Positions 22,896 to 34,401 of a DNA stretch of 64,000 bases are shown here, piece by piece. Each line of letters starts with the position of its first letter. The first letter of the stretch is position 1. Source of the DNA: Babesia bigemina (lineage: Eukaryota); assembly GCF_000981445.1 (NCBI RefSeq), contig NC_027216.1, forward strand, positions 1,426,001-1,490,000, given 5' to 3'. The translations under genes and the position numbers were made by a program. The notes beneath the pieces are model-generated. The model was given only the letters and a program-made list of their open reading frames with translations. It did no database searches and had not been told where the DNA came from.

Positions 22896-23318
22896 GTTAT
22901 AAAAGCGAGTGATTATCTGCTGGTTGACCCGGGCGCAGGCGGCGCGGCGGGCGTCACATCGTGATGATTTTAGAGCGCTGGCATACGAAGCCGGTAAAAT
23001 ACTACATACAGGTTGCCCAGAGTAAGATCTCCAGCTCGTACAGATGGTGCGTAAAGGGTGATGGCGTCTGTGTAGTAGTTTGAGGAGCAGTGTGTAGTCG
23101 CGGTTGCGCTCGAGGGGTGTAATGCGCTACGGCCATATCCCGCCGATGGTGTCACAGCCGCGCTCCACTTTATTCACGTACTGGCCGTTTTATATTTCTG
23201 GTTATGATATGCGCTGGAGAGTAACCACAGCCAAGTTAGCAACCTGTCGTTTGTTGGGTGGAAGCAGCGCCTCCGTTTGGGCGCCACAACCCGTTTACTT
23301 CAGGGTTACATAGCTAAA

Positions 23319-24842
23319 ATGAGCGGCAACAAAAGCGTGTTGGGAGACTGTCGCTTTTACGAGCAAAAGTTCCCCAATCCTGGGGACCTGTTGATGGTCA
23401 AGGTGAACCGCATCGAGGCCCAGGGCGTCTACGTCTCTCTTCTGGAATACGATGAGCGCGAGGGTACGTTTTTGCGTTTGAGCGTGGTGAAGATTCTCAG
23501 GCCTGATTCTGCTGAGCGAGTTGTCGAAGCGTCGCTACAGGAGTATCAACAAGCTGGTGAAGGTGGGCAGACATGAGGTGGTCCTGGTCCTTCGCGTGGA
23601 CCCCGTCAAGGGCTACATCGACCTGTCCAAGCGGCGGGTGTCGCCTGAGGACATCATGAAATGCGAGGAGAAATTTTCCAAGGCCAAGAAGGTGCACCAG
23701 ACGGTTAGACACATTGCGCAGAAGCACAACATATCGGTTGAGGAGCTGAACCGCGTCTGCATCTGGCCGTTGTACCAGCGTTACCCTAGCGCGCTTGATG
23801 CGCTGAAGGTGGGTTTTGGAGCTCTGCGCGTCCATGGGCTTTAGGAAGCCGCCATGAACAACGGCGCCATTTTCAAGGGCCTGCCCATAGCCACGGAAGT
23901 CATCGACTCTCTTATCGCGGACATCCAACTTCGCCTCACTCCACAGGCGTTGAAGTTGAGGTAAGCGCAGTTTTAGTTTTGCATCCCATTCCGTCGGCTG
24001 CGCTGGCGCTGAACACCTATCCGTGTGTGATTCTGCCTGCGCAACTTGTTGGTGTCCTGGGTGTTGCGATGCGCTTGGCTGAACCCTGGACCCCATTTCA
24101 CTGATTTTGTTCCTGTATATTGCGTGTATGTTTCGTGGTGAAGCGCGCTTTATCGTGCAACCGATCGTAAATTTCGCCTGGTTTCGCCAGGGGAGCCGAA
24201 GATCGGGAGACTAAGCGAAACCGTGTAACCATTGGCTGCTGCCATTGGCAAGGGTGTTTCGAACATGTTTCTCAACCACTTCATGTGATGTGATTTTGCA
24301 CTCTGATGGTGCGTTACGCTTTTTACGTGTTCGTACTTTACACATGATTGACCCCGTCCGCTGCGTCTTGCCGTTGCCACCTTTTGCGCGCAGCGTCACC
24401 ATCCACGTGCAGGTGCATGATCGATGTGTGGTGTTTCGGACCTGACGGTGTCGAGGCCGTGAAGAATGCGCTGAGCTGCGCCAAGGGCACCGATGAGATC
24501 AAGATCAGCGTCAAGCTCATCGCACCCCCCCAGTACGAGGTCGTGACCAGCTGCCACGACAAGGAGAAGGGCATTGACATAATGACGAGGGCGCTGGAGG
24601 AGATCTCCGAGACCATCCACTCCTTCGACGGCGGCGAGTTCAAGCAGCGCTGCGAGATCACGGTGATGGGCGACGAGGACGAGCGTCACCTCGAGAGCCT
24701 GCTCGAAGGCCAGGAGAGCAGCGATGAGGACGAGGACGACTCCGACGACAGCGAGGAGGAGGACGAGGGCATGGGTCGCGTGGACGAGTCCATGCTGCCC
24801 CCGGACGCCGTCGAGAACGGAGGCGACTCCGACTCGGACTGA
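23319..24842 (+). CDS. eIF2A: Eukaryotic translation initiation factor 2 alpha, 4 exons
   Basis: [30 protein letters not shown] (regulatory Ser); [27 protein letters not shown]; acidic tail. Introns near 23464-23500 and 23809-23845, and at 23961-24412. Confidence 0.95.
24161..24268 (+). ncRNA. Intronic box H/ACA snoRNA, predicted dual guide for 18S rRNA pseudouridylation
   Basis: Hairpin 1: CCGATC 24161-24166 / GATCGG 24201-24206, upper stem CCTGG/CCAGG. H box AGACTA 24208-24213. Hairpin 2: CGAAAC 24216-24221 / GTTTCG 24256-24261, upper stem CCATTGGC/GCCATTGG. ACA at 24263-24265. Both pockets are complementary to conserved 18S segments. Confidence 0.85.
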
Positions 24843-25038
24843 GTGTCCGCGCTGCACCCTCGGGCTCCGCGTTCCAAAAGCGCGGGAACGCGGCGCGCCG
24901 CCCGCCGGCGAGATAGACACGCGCTATATAATCTTTATAAATCGTCAACCGTGCACTCTGCGACACACGGGCTGCTAGTGGTGTAAAACATTAGCCGCCG
25001 CCGAGGGCCGACAGTTTCGCGTACTTCAGCGGCGCATG

Positions 25039-28000
25039 TCATTGCGTGGTGACCTGTGCGCCCATTTCCTCCAGGAAGAGCGACAGGATCCTGCGCGCGG
25101 CGCGTATGACGCGCTTGTTCTCCGACTCCAGGAGCTCGAGCAGTGCTGGCATCGTCAGCGAGGCGAGCGACCGCTTTTGCACGTACCGGAGGTACTTGTG
25201 CTTGCGCATGTACTCGTGGTCGAATATGAGCTCGTTGGGCAGCGTCGAGATCGACTCCACCACCTTCAGCGCCGCGAGCATCTCGATCTCGCAGTCCTTG
25301 TTGCCGAGGAACTGGTGCATGTTGCTGGCCAGCACGAAGAAGAAGTGCTTCGTCAACACGACGCGCATGCGCACTGCGGCGGGGTGTAGTGGCGGTATGT
25401 TGAGGCTGCTGTCCGCGGGTCTGGGGATGAAGGGGTAGCACGCCGCGTCCGAGAGCCGCTGCAGCGCGATGCGCCTGAGGACGGCGCTGTGTCCGCCGGC
25501 GAACCGGTTCAGCACTGAGGCCACGCTGGAGTACACGAACGGCGGCGCGACGCTGAAAGGGTTAACCACCATCGCGGTGATGACCTCCACCTCCACCGCG
25601 TGCAAGAGCCTGATGTACTTGATGCGCGTCTCCAGCTCGTCGTTGTAGTTGAGCGTCGTGAAGAAGTGCATGGCTGGGACCACCGCCCTCCAGAAGTCGA
25701 CCACCGGCTGGGACGCAACGGTGTTGACTTGCATGAAGTGCATGTTCACGTACAGCGCCAGGTAGATGTACTTGGATATGTTGATGCACGCTTGGTAGAG
25801 TATCAGCGCCACCGGCTGCATGGTGTGCTTTACCAGGATCATTTTGGCAATTTCCAATATAAGCGGAACCATGGGCAACACCGTGCACATCAGAATGCGA
25901 TATGTCTTCGACGCGAGGAACTCCTGTATGGCCTGCTTGTTCTCGTTGACTATGGCGTCGGAGCTTTCAGTGATGAACCTTATCAGCATGTCCCGCACCG
26001 ACAGCACTATCTTGTCTATCAGCTGCAGCGCCAGGGCGACCTTCGGAACGTTGCCCATGAGGTACTTGTTGATCAGTGACTCCACCAGCATGCCGTACAC
26101 AGCTGGGCTTTTGATTGACCCCAGCGATCTGAACAGCTTCGACACTGGGTTGTAGGTCTCCACCAAGGTTATGAGCGGCGGCTCCTTGCAGTGGGCCACT
26201 ATGTTTGCCATAACCATGGCGCGCTCCTCGCTGGTCAGGATGGCGCCGAGGATGGAATGCGATTCTCGGTGCTGTTCCGGTTCCTCGGATGCATTATTTT
26301 CGAGCGCCTGCTGCACGTCCTCCGGCGTCACCTTACCCAACGCATCAGTCCCTCCAAGGATCTGCGGAGTGTAATGCAGTGTCACCAGCTGCAACATCTG
26401 CATCTCCTGTAGTATTCCCACCGAATTTTGTATCTTATCGCGCAACGTGAACTTGATCTTTGAGTCGTCCGCCAGCTTGAGCGTCTCGTAAAGCGTCAGT
26501 GGCGCTGCAGGCACGGCCTGCACCGTATCACCAAGCACTTCTTCGCAGAGATAATCGGCTGACACTTCCGTGCTGGAGCCCCCCGTCGGCACGGGGCCGG
26601 AAAGGATCCATGGGGGGACCACCAGCCAGGGTGAGAGCTCCCGACCCTCGCTCGTTGCCGTGGCCAGGGCCTCAAGCTCCTGCGCCTCCTCTTTGGTAGG
26701 GTCACCCAGTGCCATCCTGATGACTTGCATGAGCTTCTCCTCGATGCCCTCCTCCTGCTCGCTTAGCGCAGTGAGTATCGAGCATATGCTCTTGAAGAAG
26801 TTCTGCCTCAGCAGGTCGAAGTCCTTGTGCATCATCGCCCGCATGATATTCATGCACTTGTTCCAAATGAAGTCATTCCTGCAGTAGTCGATGACAATGT
26901 TGGTCGCAATGCTTATTGCCATCCCGAGGGCTGAGTTGAGCTCGTTGGGCAGCATCATTTTGTTTCCGATGGTGGCGTTGACGACCGTCTCCAGCCCCGT
27001 GACCAGGATGCCAATGACCGCTTCGCACTTCTCTCTGTAGCGCGGTTCGCAATCCTTGAAGGCCACATAAAGCTCCTCACAGGCGGTGAACACGGTTTGG
27101 TGAGCCGAGGGCGTGTGTATGGAGCACACAAGTCCCTCAGCTAGCGGCTTTAGCATTTCACGACAGCAGAGCTGCCACAGATCCATCTCGAAGCGGTTGA
27201 GTCGCCCCTTTATGAAGAGCGCCAACGACTTGATGGCGCATTGCCGTATTTCCGTGAACTCGGAATGCCCCAGCTCCTTCAGCCCTTTAAAAATGCTCTT
27301 CCACATGTCCTCTTCTTTGGCACGCGGGGGCCGGGCTGCACCGAAGTAGTGGCTCTGGGCAGCCATCTTCTCCGCGAAGTCGAGCACCAGTGCCACCACA
27401 CGGAATGCGGCATTATTGTCGCTGTTGTACGCGCCCTGCGATAGCATGAAAATGGACTCCACGAACGGCAGGCACGCCTCGTCCTGCAACAGCTCGGCCG
27501 AATCATCCACCAGCGCCGAGAAGACATCGATCAAGATGATCGTGGCATTTGAATCGCTCGACTGCGATGCCATCTGGGTGGCATACATGAGGCAATTGAT
27601 GATCCCGGTGCTAAGAGCCATGATTTGCGGTACGGTGGTGCACACGGTTTTGAGGCCGTTCATGATGTCCATGCTGAGCGCGCTGTTGTCCCTCAGGGTT
27701 TTGTAGAGCACGCACACCCCGGCGTCGATGGAGCGCGCACTGGACTGCTGGCCGGCCAGACAGAGACTGACGATGTTCCCGCATATGGTCTGTATCATGA
27801 GTTCGATCCCGCCTCGGTCACGTGTGAGGCACATGACTATCCCCGTCAGCAGCATAACCGAGTCGTGTTGTCGTGCGAACGAGAGTTCAGTGATGATCGT
27901 AAAGAGGCAGTGCAGGAACTCTGGCTCCGCGCTGGCCAGGACGCTTTGGCGGTCAAGCGACTGCCCGAGCTCCCTCAGCAGTTCGGGCCACACCTGGTCG

Positions 28001-30561
28001 CCCTTTTCGATCATGCTCAAAAACTGGTCCGGCCAGGCGTCCAGCGTCCTCTGTATGAGCGCCAACTTCTCCCTGCTGCTCACCCCTGAACGTGACTCCG
28101 TTTGTTGCGCGAAAATGTCCGTGTATTGCGTTTTCGCCAGAAGCGGTATGGCCACGTGGAATCCAAATTGTGTAACGAACCCCTTCAGGACCTCGAAGTC
28201 GTGCACCTTGAGGCGGTCAAAAGCACCGATGGTCTCGGTGAGCGTCGCTTCCCACTCCTCTTGCAACCCCTTGAACGTTGGCATGATGGCGTCCGTTTCC
28301 AGCGGCTCCAACGACCTCAGGTGGCTCCTGTTGGCGACACCCAGGCGCCTCGATATGAGCACGAACGACAGCAGGTGCTCCAGGAAGCTCTCCCAGGCGA
28401 GGTCCTGAAGTGCTGACGGGTAGTTGAGCATCACCGCGTTGAGGCAGCGTATGTGCAGCAGGTACAGCGACCAGGTCTCCATCGTGCACTTCCGGTGGTC
28501 TGCGACGAATTGGTTCTCCACGGTGACGAAGTGCGCGACCAGCGCATTGACGCAGCGGGTGTACAGATCTTGCCACCCGTATACATTACACACCACCAGC
28601 GTCGCCTGCATGGCGGCTATTAGCACCTCTTGCATCACGGGCGACCGCATGGTGTTCAGCATCCGCTCTAGTTGCTGGACCAGGATATCGCCCGCTTCAT
28701 TCAAATAACGGCACCGCCCGTCGATGGCGGATTCGTCCTTGGCGGACGACACTGAGTCGCTGCTGCCAACCGAATCGCTGCTACCCATCCTCCGGTGTGT
28801 CGCGGAGTAGTCTCCCGCGACTTTGGGGTAGAAAATGCGATACGCTGCGAAGCTCGGTTTGTGGCTGTTCGCACCGACTACGCAACTGTACAATACGTGG
28901 GCGGCCGCCAGCACCGCATCGACGGCTAGCGCTGACTCTACCATTTCCAGCTGCTGCATGTTCATGTCATCGCTGACGACGATGCGCGACGTCTTGCCAA
29001 TAACCCCGTTGGTCATGTTGCAGAAATCCATGGCGCAGGACCCCTGTTCGAGCTTTGCGGCGAATATGGGCAACACCTTCATGCCGACTTGGCGATTGTG
29101 CGCTCCATCTTGCTCCAGGCTGTCAATCTGCTCCGATATGAGCTGTTGCCCGTCGCCGCATTTGTATATGCCCTCGAAGTACTGGTCCAAACTGACTTCT
29201 TTGTTCATCCTGAAGTGTTTCACGATGAAGTTGAGCATTTCCACCAGATGCTTCCGACTTGTTTTGTGGGCAAACATATCATCCAGCATGTCGTTCGACT
29301 GCATGACGGAAGAAAGCCCCCTTATCCACGCGATTCTGCGCCGTATTCCATCCGGCGTGGAGGTCTCTATGAGGTCCAGCTCCACGAAGTTGTACAACAT
29401 GGTGAACAGCTTGGCCGCTCCGCGGTCGGGTTCCGGGCAGTGGTTGCTGTAGTAGTACCCGTGTTCCATGACCTTGGCGAGTATGGCGCACCCCTCGTTC
29501 AGCAGCGTCGCTCCGGCGAGTGCGAACTTCAGGGCAGTGTACATTTCACTCTTTGCGACGGTTTGCAGCTTGGGCACTTCGAACAGCGAGCCCTTTGGCA
29601 TCGCCGTGACAGCGATCAGCAGCAGCTCAGCTGCGCTTGCAGGCCCGAGGTTCAACATGAACTCCGAGCTTTCCCCTTTCATTATGGTACACAGGCAGGT
29701 GATGAGCTCCACAGTCAGGTCGACGTGTGAGATTTGCGGCGCCGCTGAGAAGACGGTGAGCCCTGTGGTAGCTCCAGTGGTCATGCCGAACGGTGAGATG
29801 GTGCTCACCACTCCGTGGCTCCCCAATTCCGCTAGCATCGTGTTAGACTTGCCAAAGGCACCCTTTCGCTTCCTTGAGTTGCTGAGCAGGCACTGCACCA
29901 GCTGCCTGACCCCGCCCTCTACGATCGGCTTCAGCACGTTGCTGTCTCCCTTGAGCATCGTGTCGAGGTATTGGAACCCACGTCTCAGAATGTCCTCGTA
30001 TAACATGACCGGAGACGAAGTCGAAAAGGAGAGCAGGACCGTTTGGACAGTGCGCAGGTGAACTGACTCGTCCACCTTGTGCAATTTTGCGATGGTCTCG
30101 AACATCTTAAAGATCATATCGATGTAAATGTACAGGTCGTTGTTGTCCAGTCCGATCCTGATGGGCTCCTCCCGGGCGGCGTTCAGCGAGCTGCGCTGGT
30201 ATAGGAACTCGATGATGCCGAACAGCTGTTGGATGGCGGTGTTGTGCGCCACCAGCGACTTGGTCTTGTGGTTGGCGAACGTGATCCCTTCCAGAAGCGT
30301 GCAGCATGTAAGTTTGGTGGGGAAGTTGAGCAGCAGCTTCGCGTCGTTGCCCTTATGCAGTGTCTTGATGAACGACGTGATGTTGTGCGACAACTCGCTG
30401 AATTTCGACTTCATGCCGCTGCCTATCTTCGCTGATTCCTTAGCGCAGAGCTTCAACGCGTCCAGGAAGGTGGTGCACTTCTGTTCCATCGCCTGGAGCG
30501 CCTCCGTCACCGGGGAGCGCTTCGTCTCCGCCGGCGCCTTCTCTGCTCTGCTGGACAACAT
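25039..30561 (-). CDS. Large alpha-solenoid trafficking protein, MON2 / Sec7-family (DCB-HDS)-like
   Basis: About 1840-aa intronless helical ORF (ATG 30561, MLSSR). HDS-like segment EDMWKSIFKGLKELG...EIRQCAIKSL...FEMDLWQLCCREMLKPL. No clear Sec7 catalytic motif seen. Confidence 0.6.
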   Translation of the reverse strand: MLSSRAEKAPAETKRSPVTEALQAMEQKCTTFLDALKLCAKESAKIGSGMKSKFSELSHNITSFIKTLHKGNDAKLLLNFPTKLTCCTLLEGITFANHKTKSLVAHNTAIQQLFGIIEFLYQRSSLNAAREEPIRIGLDNNDLYIYIDMIFKMFETIAKLHKVDESVHLRTVQTVLLSFSTSSPVMLYEDILRRGFQYLDTMLKGDSNVLKPIVEGGVRQLVQCLLSNSRKRKGAFGKSNTMLAELGSHGVVSTISPFGMTTGATTGLTVFSAAPQISHVDLTVELITCLCTIMKGESSEFMLNLGPASAAELLLIAVTAMPKGSLFEVPKLQTVAKSEMYTALKFALAGATLLNEGCAILAKVMEHGYYYSNHCPEPDRGAAKLFTMLYNFVELDLIETSTPDGIRRRIAWIRGLSSVMQSNDMLDDMFAHKTSRKHLVEMLNFIVKHFRMNKEVSLDQYFEGIYKCGDGQQLISEQIDSLEQDGAHNRQVGMKVLPIFAAKLEQGSCAMDFCNMTNGVIGKTSRIVVSDDMNMQQLEMVESALAVDAVLAAAHVLYSCVVGANSHKPSFAAYRIFYPKVAGDYSATHRRMGSSDSVGSSDSVSSAKDESAIDGRCRYLNEAGDILVQQLERMLNTMRSPVMQEVLIAAMQATLVVCNVYGWQDLYTRCVNALVAHFVTVENQFVADHRKCTMETWSLYLLHIRCLNAVMLNYPSALQDLAWESFLEHLLSFVLISRRLGVANRSHLRSLEPLETDAIMPTFKGLQEEWEATLTETIGAFDRLKVHDFEVLKGFVTQFGFHVAIPLLAKTQYTDIFAQQTESRSGVSSREKLALIQRTLDAWPDQFLSMIEKGDQVWPELLRELGQSLDRQSVLASAEPEFLHCLFTIITELSFARQHDSVMLLTGIVMCLTRDRGGIELMIQTICGNIVSLCLAGQQSSARSIDAGVCVLYKTLRDNSALSMDIMNGLKTVCTTVPQIMALSTGIINCLMYATQMASQSSDSNATIILIDVFSALVDDSAELLQDEACLPFVESIFMLSQGAYNSDNNAAFRVVALVLDFAEKMAAQSHYFGAARPPRAKEEDMWKSIFKGLKELGHSEFTEIRQCAIKSLALFIKGRLNRFEMDLWQLCCREMLKPLAEGLVCSIHTPSAHQTVFTACEELYVAFKDCEPRYREKCEAVIGILVTGLETVVNATIGNKMMLPNELNSALGMAISIATNIVIDYCRNDFIWNKCMNIMRAMMHKDFDLLRQNFFKSICSILTALSEQEEGIEEKLMQVIRMALGDPTKEEAQELEALATATSEGRELSPWLVVPPWILSGPVPTGGSSTEVSADYLCEEVLGDTVQAVPAAPLTLYETLKLADDSKIKFTLRDKIQNSVGILQEMQMLQLVTLHYTPQILGGTDALGKVTPEDVQQALENNASEEPEQHRESHSILGAILTSEERAMVMANIVAHCKEPPLITLVETYNPVSKLFRSLGSIKSPAVYGMLVESLINKYLMGNVPKVALALQLIDKIVLSVRDMLIRFITESSDAIVNENKQAIQEFLASKTYRILMCTVLPMVPLILEIAKMILVKHTMQPVALILYQACINISKYIYLALYVNMHFMQVNTVASQPVVDFWRAVVPAMHFFTTLNYNDELETRIKYIRLLHAVEVEVITAMVVNPFSVAPPFVYSSVASVLNRFAGGHSAVLRRIALQRLSDAACYPFIPRPADSSLNIPPLHPAAVRMRVVLTKHFFFVLASNMHQFLGNKDCEIEMLAALKVVESISTLPNELIFDHEYMRKHKYLRYVQKRSLASLTMPALLELLESENKRVIRAARRILSLFLEEMGAQVTTQ

Positions 30562-31549
30562 GGTTGCCGTTTTGCTTTTATCCCGTACGCTGTGCCGAGA
30601 TCTCACACCTCTACGGTTGCCACTCCAAGCCTATGGCTCTCAAATGTGAGCTCATAATGCTGCTATTGAGTGTACCGCCAACCACCGATGACGCACCCGT
30701 CTACGCAGTGTTCGGTGAAGGATGTTGATTCGCCCAAGTCACACCAACGACGCTGACTGCCTAGAAACGGATGCGGAGGGACATGTTTAGCGCGTCACAG
30801 AGCCGTTACAGCGCCTTTAGCAATGCGAAATCGGCACAACCTCCTTCTGGTACTCCTCGGAGTTCATTCCCGTCGTCGCCGTAATCCGTAACGCCTCTAC
30901 GCGCGCTGGAGAAGCTACACCGTTCCGTACCAATACACCTCAATGACGGCTGCCTCTTAGGCAACGCCGCTGCGCCTGGTTTCGGTGCTGCGGCTCAGTT
31001 CTCTTGGCTCGTAACGGCGTGACATAGCCCGGCCCAGGGCACGTCAAATAGACACAGTTACGCCACTACAGCCACCCCGTGGCGTGATTCTGCCGTGTAT
31101 ATGGCGACTTGGTCTTCCGATGACGCCGCCGCGCTCCCGATCGGTTACATCCGGTAGGTGTTACAGGCGAGTCCGCCGCGCTTCGACAACGCTTTCTTTC
31201 AAAAAATGGGCACAATCGGGCGCGATAACCTCGGGACAGATACTTAACAAATATGTTTCTGCATTGAGACCGGATGCCCTGGGAATTCCTTGTCCACCGC
31301 TATCCGCCTTACTTCGTACCGAGAGCGCCTAGGCGCCGTACTGCCACACTAATCCTTCGGCCTTTGCCGACCCTGAGCGCATTGATCTGCGCATTACAAA
31401 TTCGTTTTCATGTGATGGAGACAGTCGTGTGTGTAAGGCCGGGGCTGTGGAACTGATACCGTCGTTTTATTGAGGCCGGGCGACTCTGACGCCAAGCACG
31501 GAGCTGCGCGCAGGCAACGCCCGGAGATGCGAACCACTGACTCTTCAAG

Positions 31550-33161
31550 ATGGTTTTGGCTGAATTAGGTGGCCAGATCTCCGAGGCGTTCCGCAAGCTG
31601 CACGCCCGGACGGTCATCACCGACGAGGTTGGTGTCTCCCCTTCGTGGTAGTCTCATGGCGCGCAGGTGATTGACGAGGTTATCGGTGACATCGTGAGAG
31701 CGCTTCTAACCGCCGATGTGAACGTGAAGCTCGTGCGGAAGCTCAGGGAAAATGTGAAGCTGCAGGCCCGCCTCCACGCCGATGCGTTGGGGGCCAACAA
31801 ACGCAAGTTCATTCAGAAGGTGAGTCCACGTCCGGTGTGCCCCCGCGTATATGCGCAACTTCGCCGTCGTCAACGGTCGTCATCTCGTTCAGGCGGTCAT
31901 CGAGGAGTTCATTTCCATGCTCTCCAGCGACCGCGAGCCGTACACGCCGAAGAAGGGCCAGCCCAACGTGATCATGTTCGTCGGCCTGCAGGGTGCGGGT
32001 AAAACGACGACGTGCACGAAGTTCGCGTACCACTACCAGCGCAAGGGCTGGCGCACAGCGCTGATTTGCGCGGACACCTTCCGCGCGGGCGCTTTTGACC
32101 AGCTGAAGCAGAACGCCGCCAAGGTGAAAATTCCCTTTTTCGGCAGCTACAGCGAGGCCAATGCAGTGAGGGTGGCCGCCGAGGGCGTGGCGAAGTTCAA
32201 GGAGGAGAAGTACGACATCATCATCGTCGACACCTCCGGTCGCCACAAGCAGGAGGAGTCGCTGTTCGAGGAGATGCGGCTCATCCACCAGGCCGTGAAG
32301 CCCGACGACGTGATTTTCGTCATGGACAGCCACATCGGTCAAGCGTGCTACGACCAGGCCGCCGCGTTCAATAAGGCGGTGGACGTCGGAAGCGTGATCA
32401 TCACCAAGCTCGACGGCCACGCGCGTGGTGGTGGCGCCCTGGCGGCCGTCGCGGCCACCGACTCCCCAATCATTTTCATCGGTCACGGCGAGCACTTCGA
32501 CGCGTTCGAGAAGTTCGACGCGAAGTCGTTCGTATCGCGTATTTTGGGGATGGGCGACATCAACGGGCTGATAAACACGATCCAGGAGGTGGTGAACCTG
32601 GAGGACAACAAGGAGATGGTCGGGCGCATCACCGCCGGGAAGTTCTCCATACGCGACATGTACGACCAGTTCCAGAACCTGCTGAAGATGGGCCCGCTGA
32701 GCCAGGTGATGTCGATGTTCCCCGGCATAGCCCCGGGCTTGATAGACGCTGGTAGCGAGCAGCAGGGCGTGAGCCGCGTGAAGCGCTTTTTGTACATCAT
32801 GGACTCCATGACCGACGAGGAGCTGGACTGCGTGAAGCCGCTGACCGAGTCCCGCGTGGCCAGGATCGCCCGCGGCTCCGGGTGCTCGGTGTTCGAGGTC
32901 AACGTGCTGCTCGACAACCACAAGATGCTGCAGAAGATGGTCGGCAACATGGGCAAGGCCGGCCTGAACAAGGAGAGCGCCGTGCACAGCATGATGCGCA
33001 ACCCGCAGCAGATGATGAGCCGTCTGCAGCACATGATCGACCCCAAGCTGCTGCAGCGCATGGGCGGTGCGGGCAACCTGTTCAAGTTCATGAAGGAGCT
33101 GTCGCAGAACGAGAACGTGGCCGGTATGATGAAGCAGATGGGCGGGGGTGGGAGGCGCTAG
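31550..33161 (+). CDS. SRP54: Signal recognition particle 54 kDa GTPase, 3 exons
   Basis: MVLAELGGQI; GLQGAGKTTT; DTFRAGA; DTSGRH; TKLDGHARGGG; Met-rich M domain with RIARGSG. Confidence 0.97.
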
Positions 33162-33402
33162 CCGCGCCTCCCGGCCCCTGCGGGCGGTGTTTAAGTGTCG
33201 ACCAGCACTAATTTGTCATACATTCATGTTCGTTAACCGAGTGGTATTGGCTGCATGTCTGTATGTTGTGGTAAGCGTATTCTATCGAGGGGAGTGGACA
33301 GCGTTCACCGCATGGTCATCGTTGAGGGTCGCACGTCGTCGGCATGGTGGGTGAGATAAATGGTTGCAGTGTGCGATATGCTCCAGCTCGTTTGACGGCG
33401 GC

Positions 33403-34401
33403 CTACGGGTTTTTGGTCGCCAGCAGCTGCCCCGTTTTCTGGTTGTAGGACCCGTCTGGTACCGCCAGACTGTACTTTGGATAATCCATGAAGGTGAACT
33501 CCCTGTTGTATACGGCTGGGGAGTTCTGGACGAATATGCCCAGCCATTCGCACGCCTTTTCGATGTTCGTTTCGAACCCGTGCAGCGTGACAATGGTCTC
33601 GCGGATGTTGCCCCATTCGTAGTTCTGCTTGCCGGCGATGACGTCCACCCCGGCGGCCTTGCGCAGCCGGTTGCACCGGACGCCCGCCTCCTGCAGGAGC
33701 GCGCGCTTCCTATCAAGCGGGATCACGAGTTCGAGCTCGAACTTGACGTTCAGGAGCCTGTCCCCGATGAAGCGCTTGGACTCCTCGTCCAGCGCGAGCC
33801 TGTCGTTCTGTATGATGCGGTACAGGGGGCGCAACGCCATGAGTATGTCGACCAGCCGGCCCTCGAAGAGCAGCGTGGTGTTGGTGCGGTGGCACGGGTA
33901 CCCGACGCCGGTGAAGTCGCCCTTCATGCCGCGGCCCGACTGCGTAAGTTTGAAATTGAGCGTGTCCTGCAGCCGTTTCAGGTTGGAGCCGTTCTTGCCG
34001 ATGTACATCCCGGCAACAGCGTGGTTCAGCACGATTTTGAAGAAGCAGTTGCAGTACACCCTGGACGCAAGCGGGAAGGTGTATGAGGTCGCTAACGTCG
34101 GGACGGCCGATGGGAGGTGCTTGCTTTCCCAAGCGTAAGCGTCATCGTCGTAGTCCCTGTTCGTCGCAGGAGTGCGCTGCGGCGAGTTGTGCGCGTACGT
34201 GCTGTTGAAATCGAAGTCGAACGGCCCGGCGCTGGTACGTCCGGGTGGCGGCGCCAGCTTTGGCGGCGGGCATGAGGTGTACCCGTCGCTTCTCACCAGA
34301 CCGTCGAAGGACTTTATGTTGCTGAGCAAGTCTTTGCTCATCTTATCGAGGGGGTTATCCTTTTCAAAATCGATGAGGAACTGCCCGAGGTCCGTATTCA
34401 T
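33403..34401 (-). CDS. KH-domain RNA-binding protein
   Basis: VAGMYIGKNGSNLKRLQ (KH GxxG loop). A second KH-like unit reads ELVIP...ETIVTLHG...IEKACEWL. Confidence 0.75.
   Translation of the reverse strand: MNTDLGQFLIDFEKDNPLDKMSKDLLSNIKSFDGLVRSDGYTSCPPPKLAPPPGRTSAGPFDFDFNSTYAHNSPQRTPATNRDYDDDAYAWESKHLPSAVPTLATSYTFPLASRVYCNCFFKIVLNHAVAGMYIGKNGSNLKRLQDTLNFKLTQSGRGMKGDFTGVGYPCHRTNTTLLFEGRLVDILMALRPLYRIIQNDRLALDEESKRFIGDRLLNVKFELELVIPLDRKRALLQEAGVRCNRLRKAAGVDVIAGKQNYEWGNIRETIVTLHGFETNIEKACEWLGIFVQNSPAVYNREFTFMDYPKYSLAVPDGSYNQKTGQLLATKNP

Noticed and set aside
24283..24310. TGATGTGA...CTGA just downstream of the H/ACA RNA
   Set aside because: Box spacing of about 20 nt is too short for a C/D snoRNA.
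30700..31500. Possible small gene or uORF in the MON2-SRP54 divergent intergenic region (e.g. minus-strand MNSEEYQKE)
   Set aside because: No coherent spliced ORF or recognisable RNA structure could be assembled by eye.
25036..33211. Many long antisense or alternative-frame ORFs over the MON2-like and SRP54 genes (e.g. 31809-33032 minus, 407 aa)
   Set aside because: Shadow ORFs caused by strong GC3 bias of the real genes; no protein motifs.
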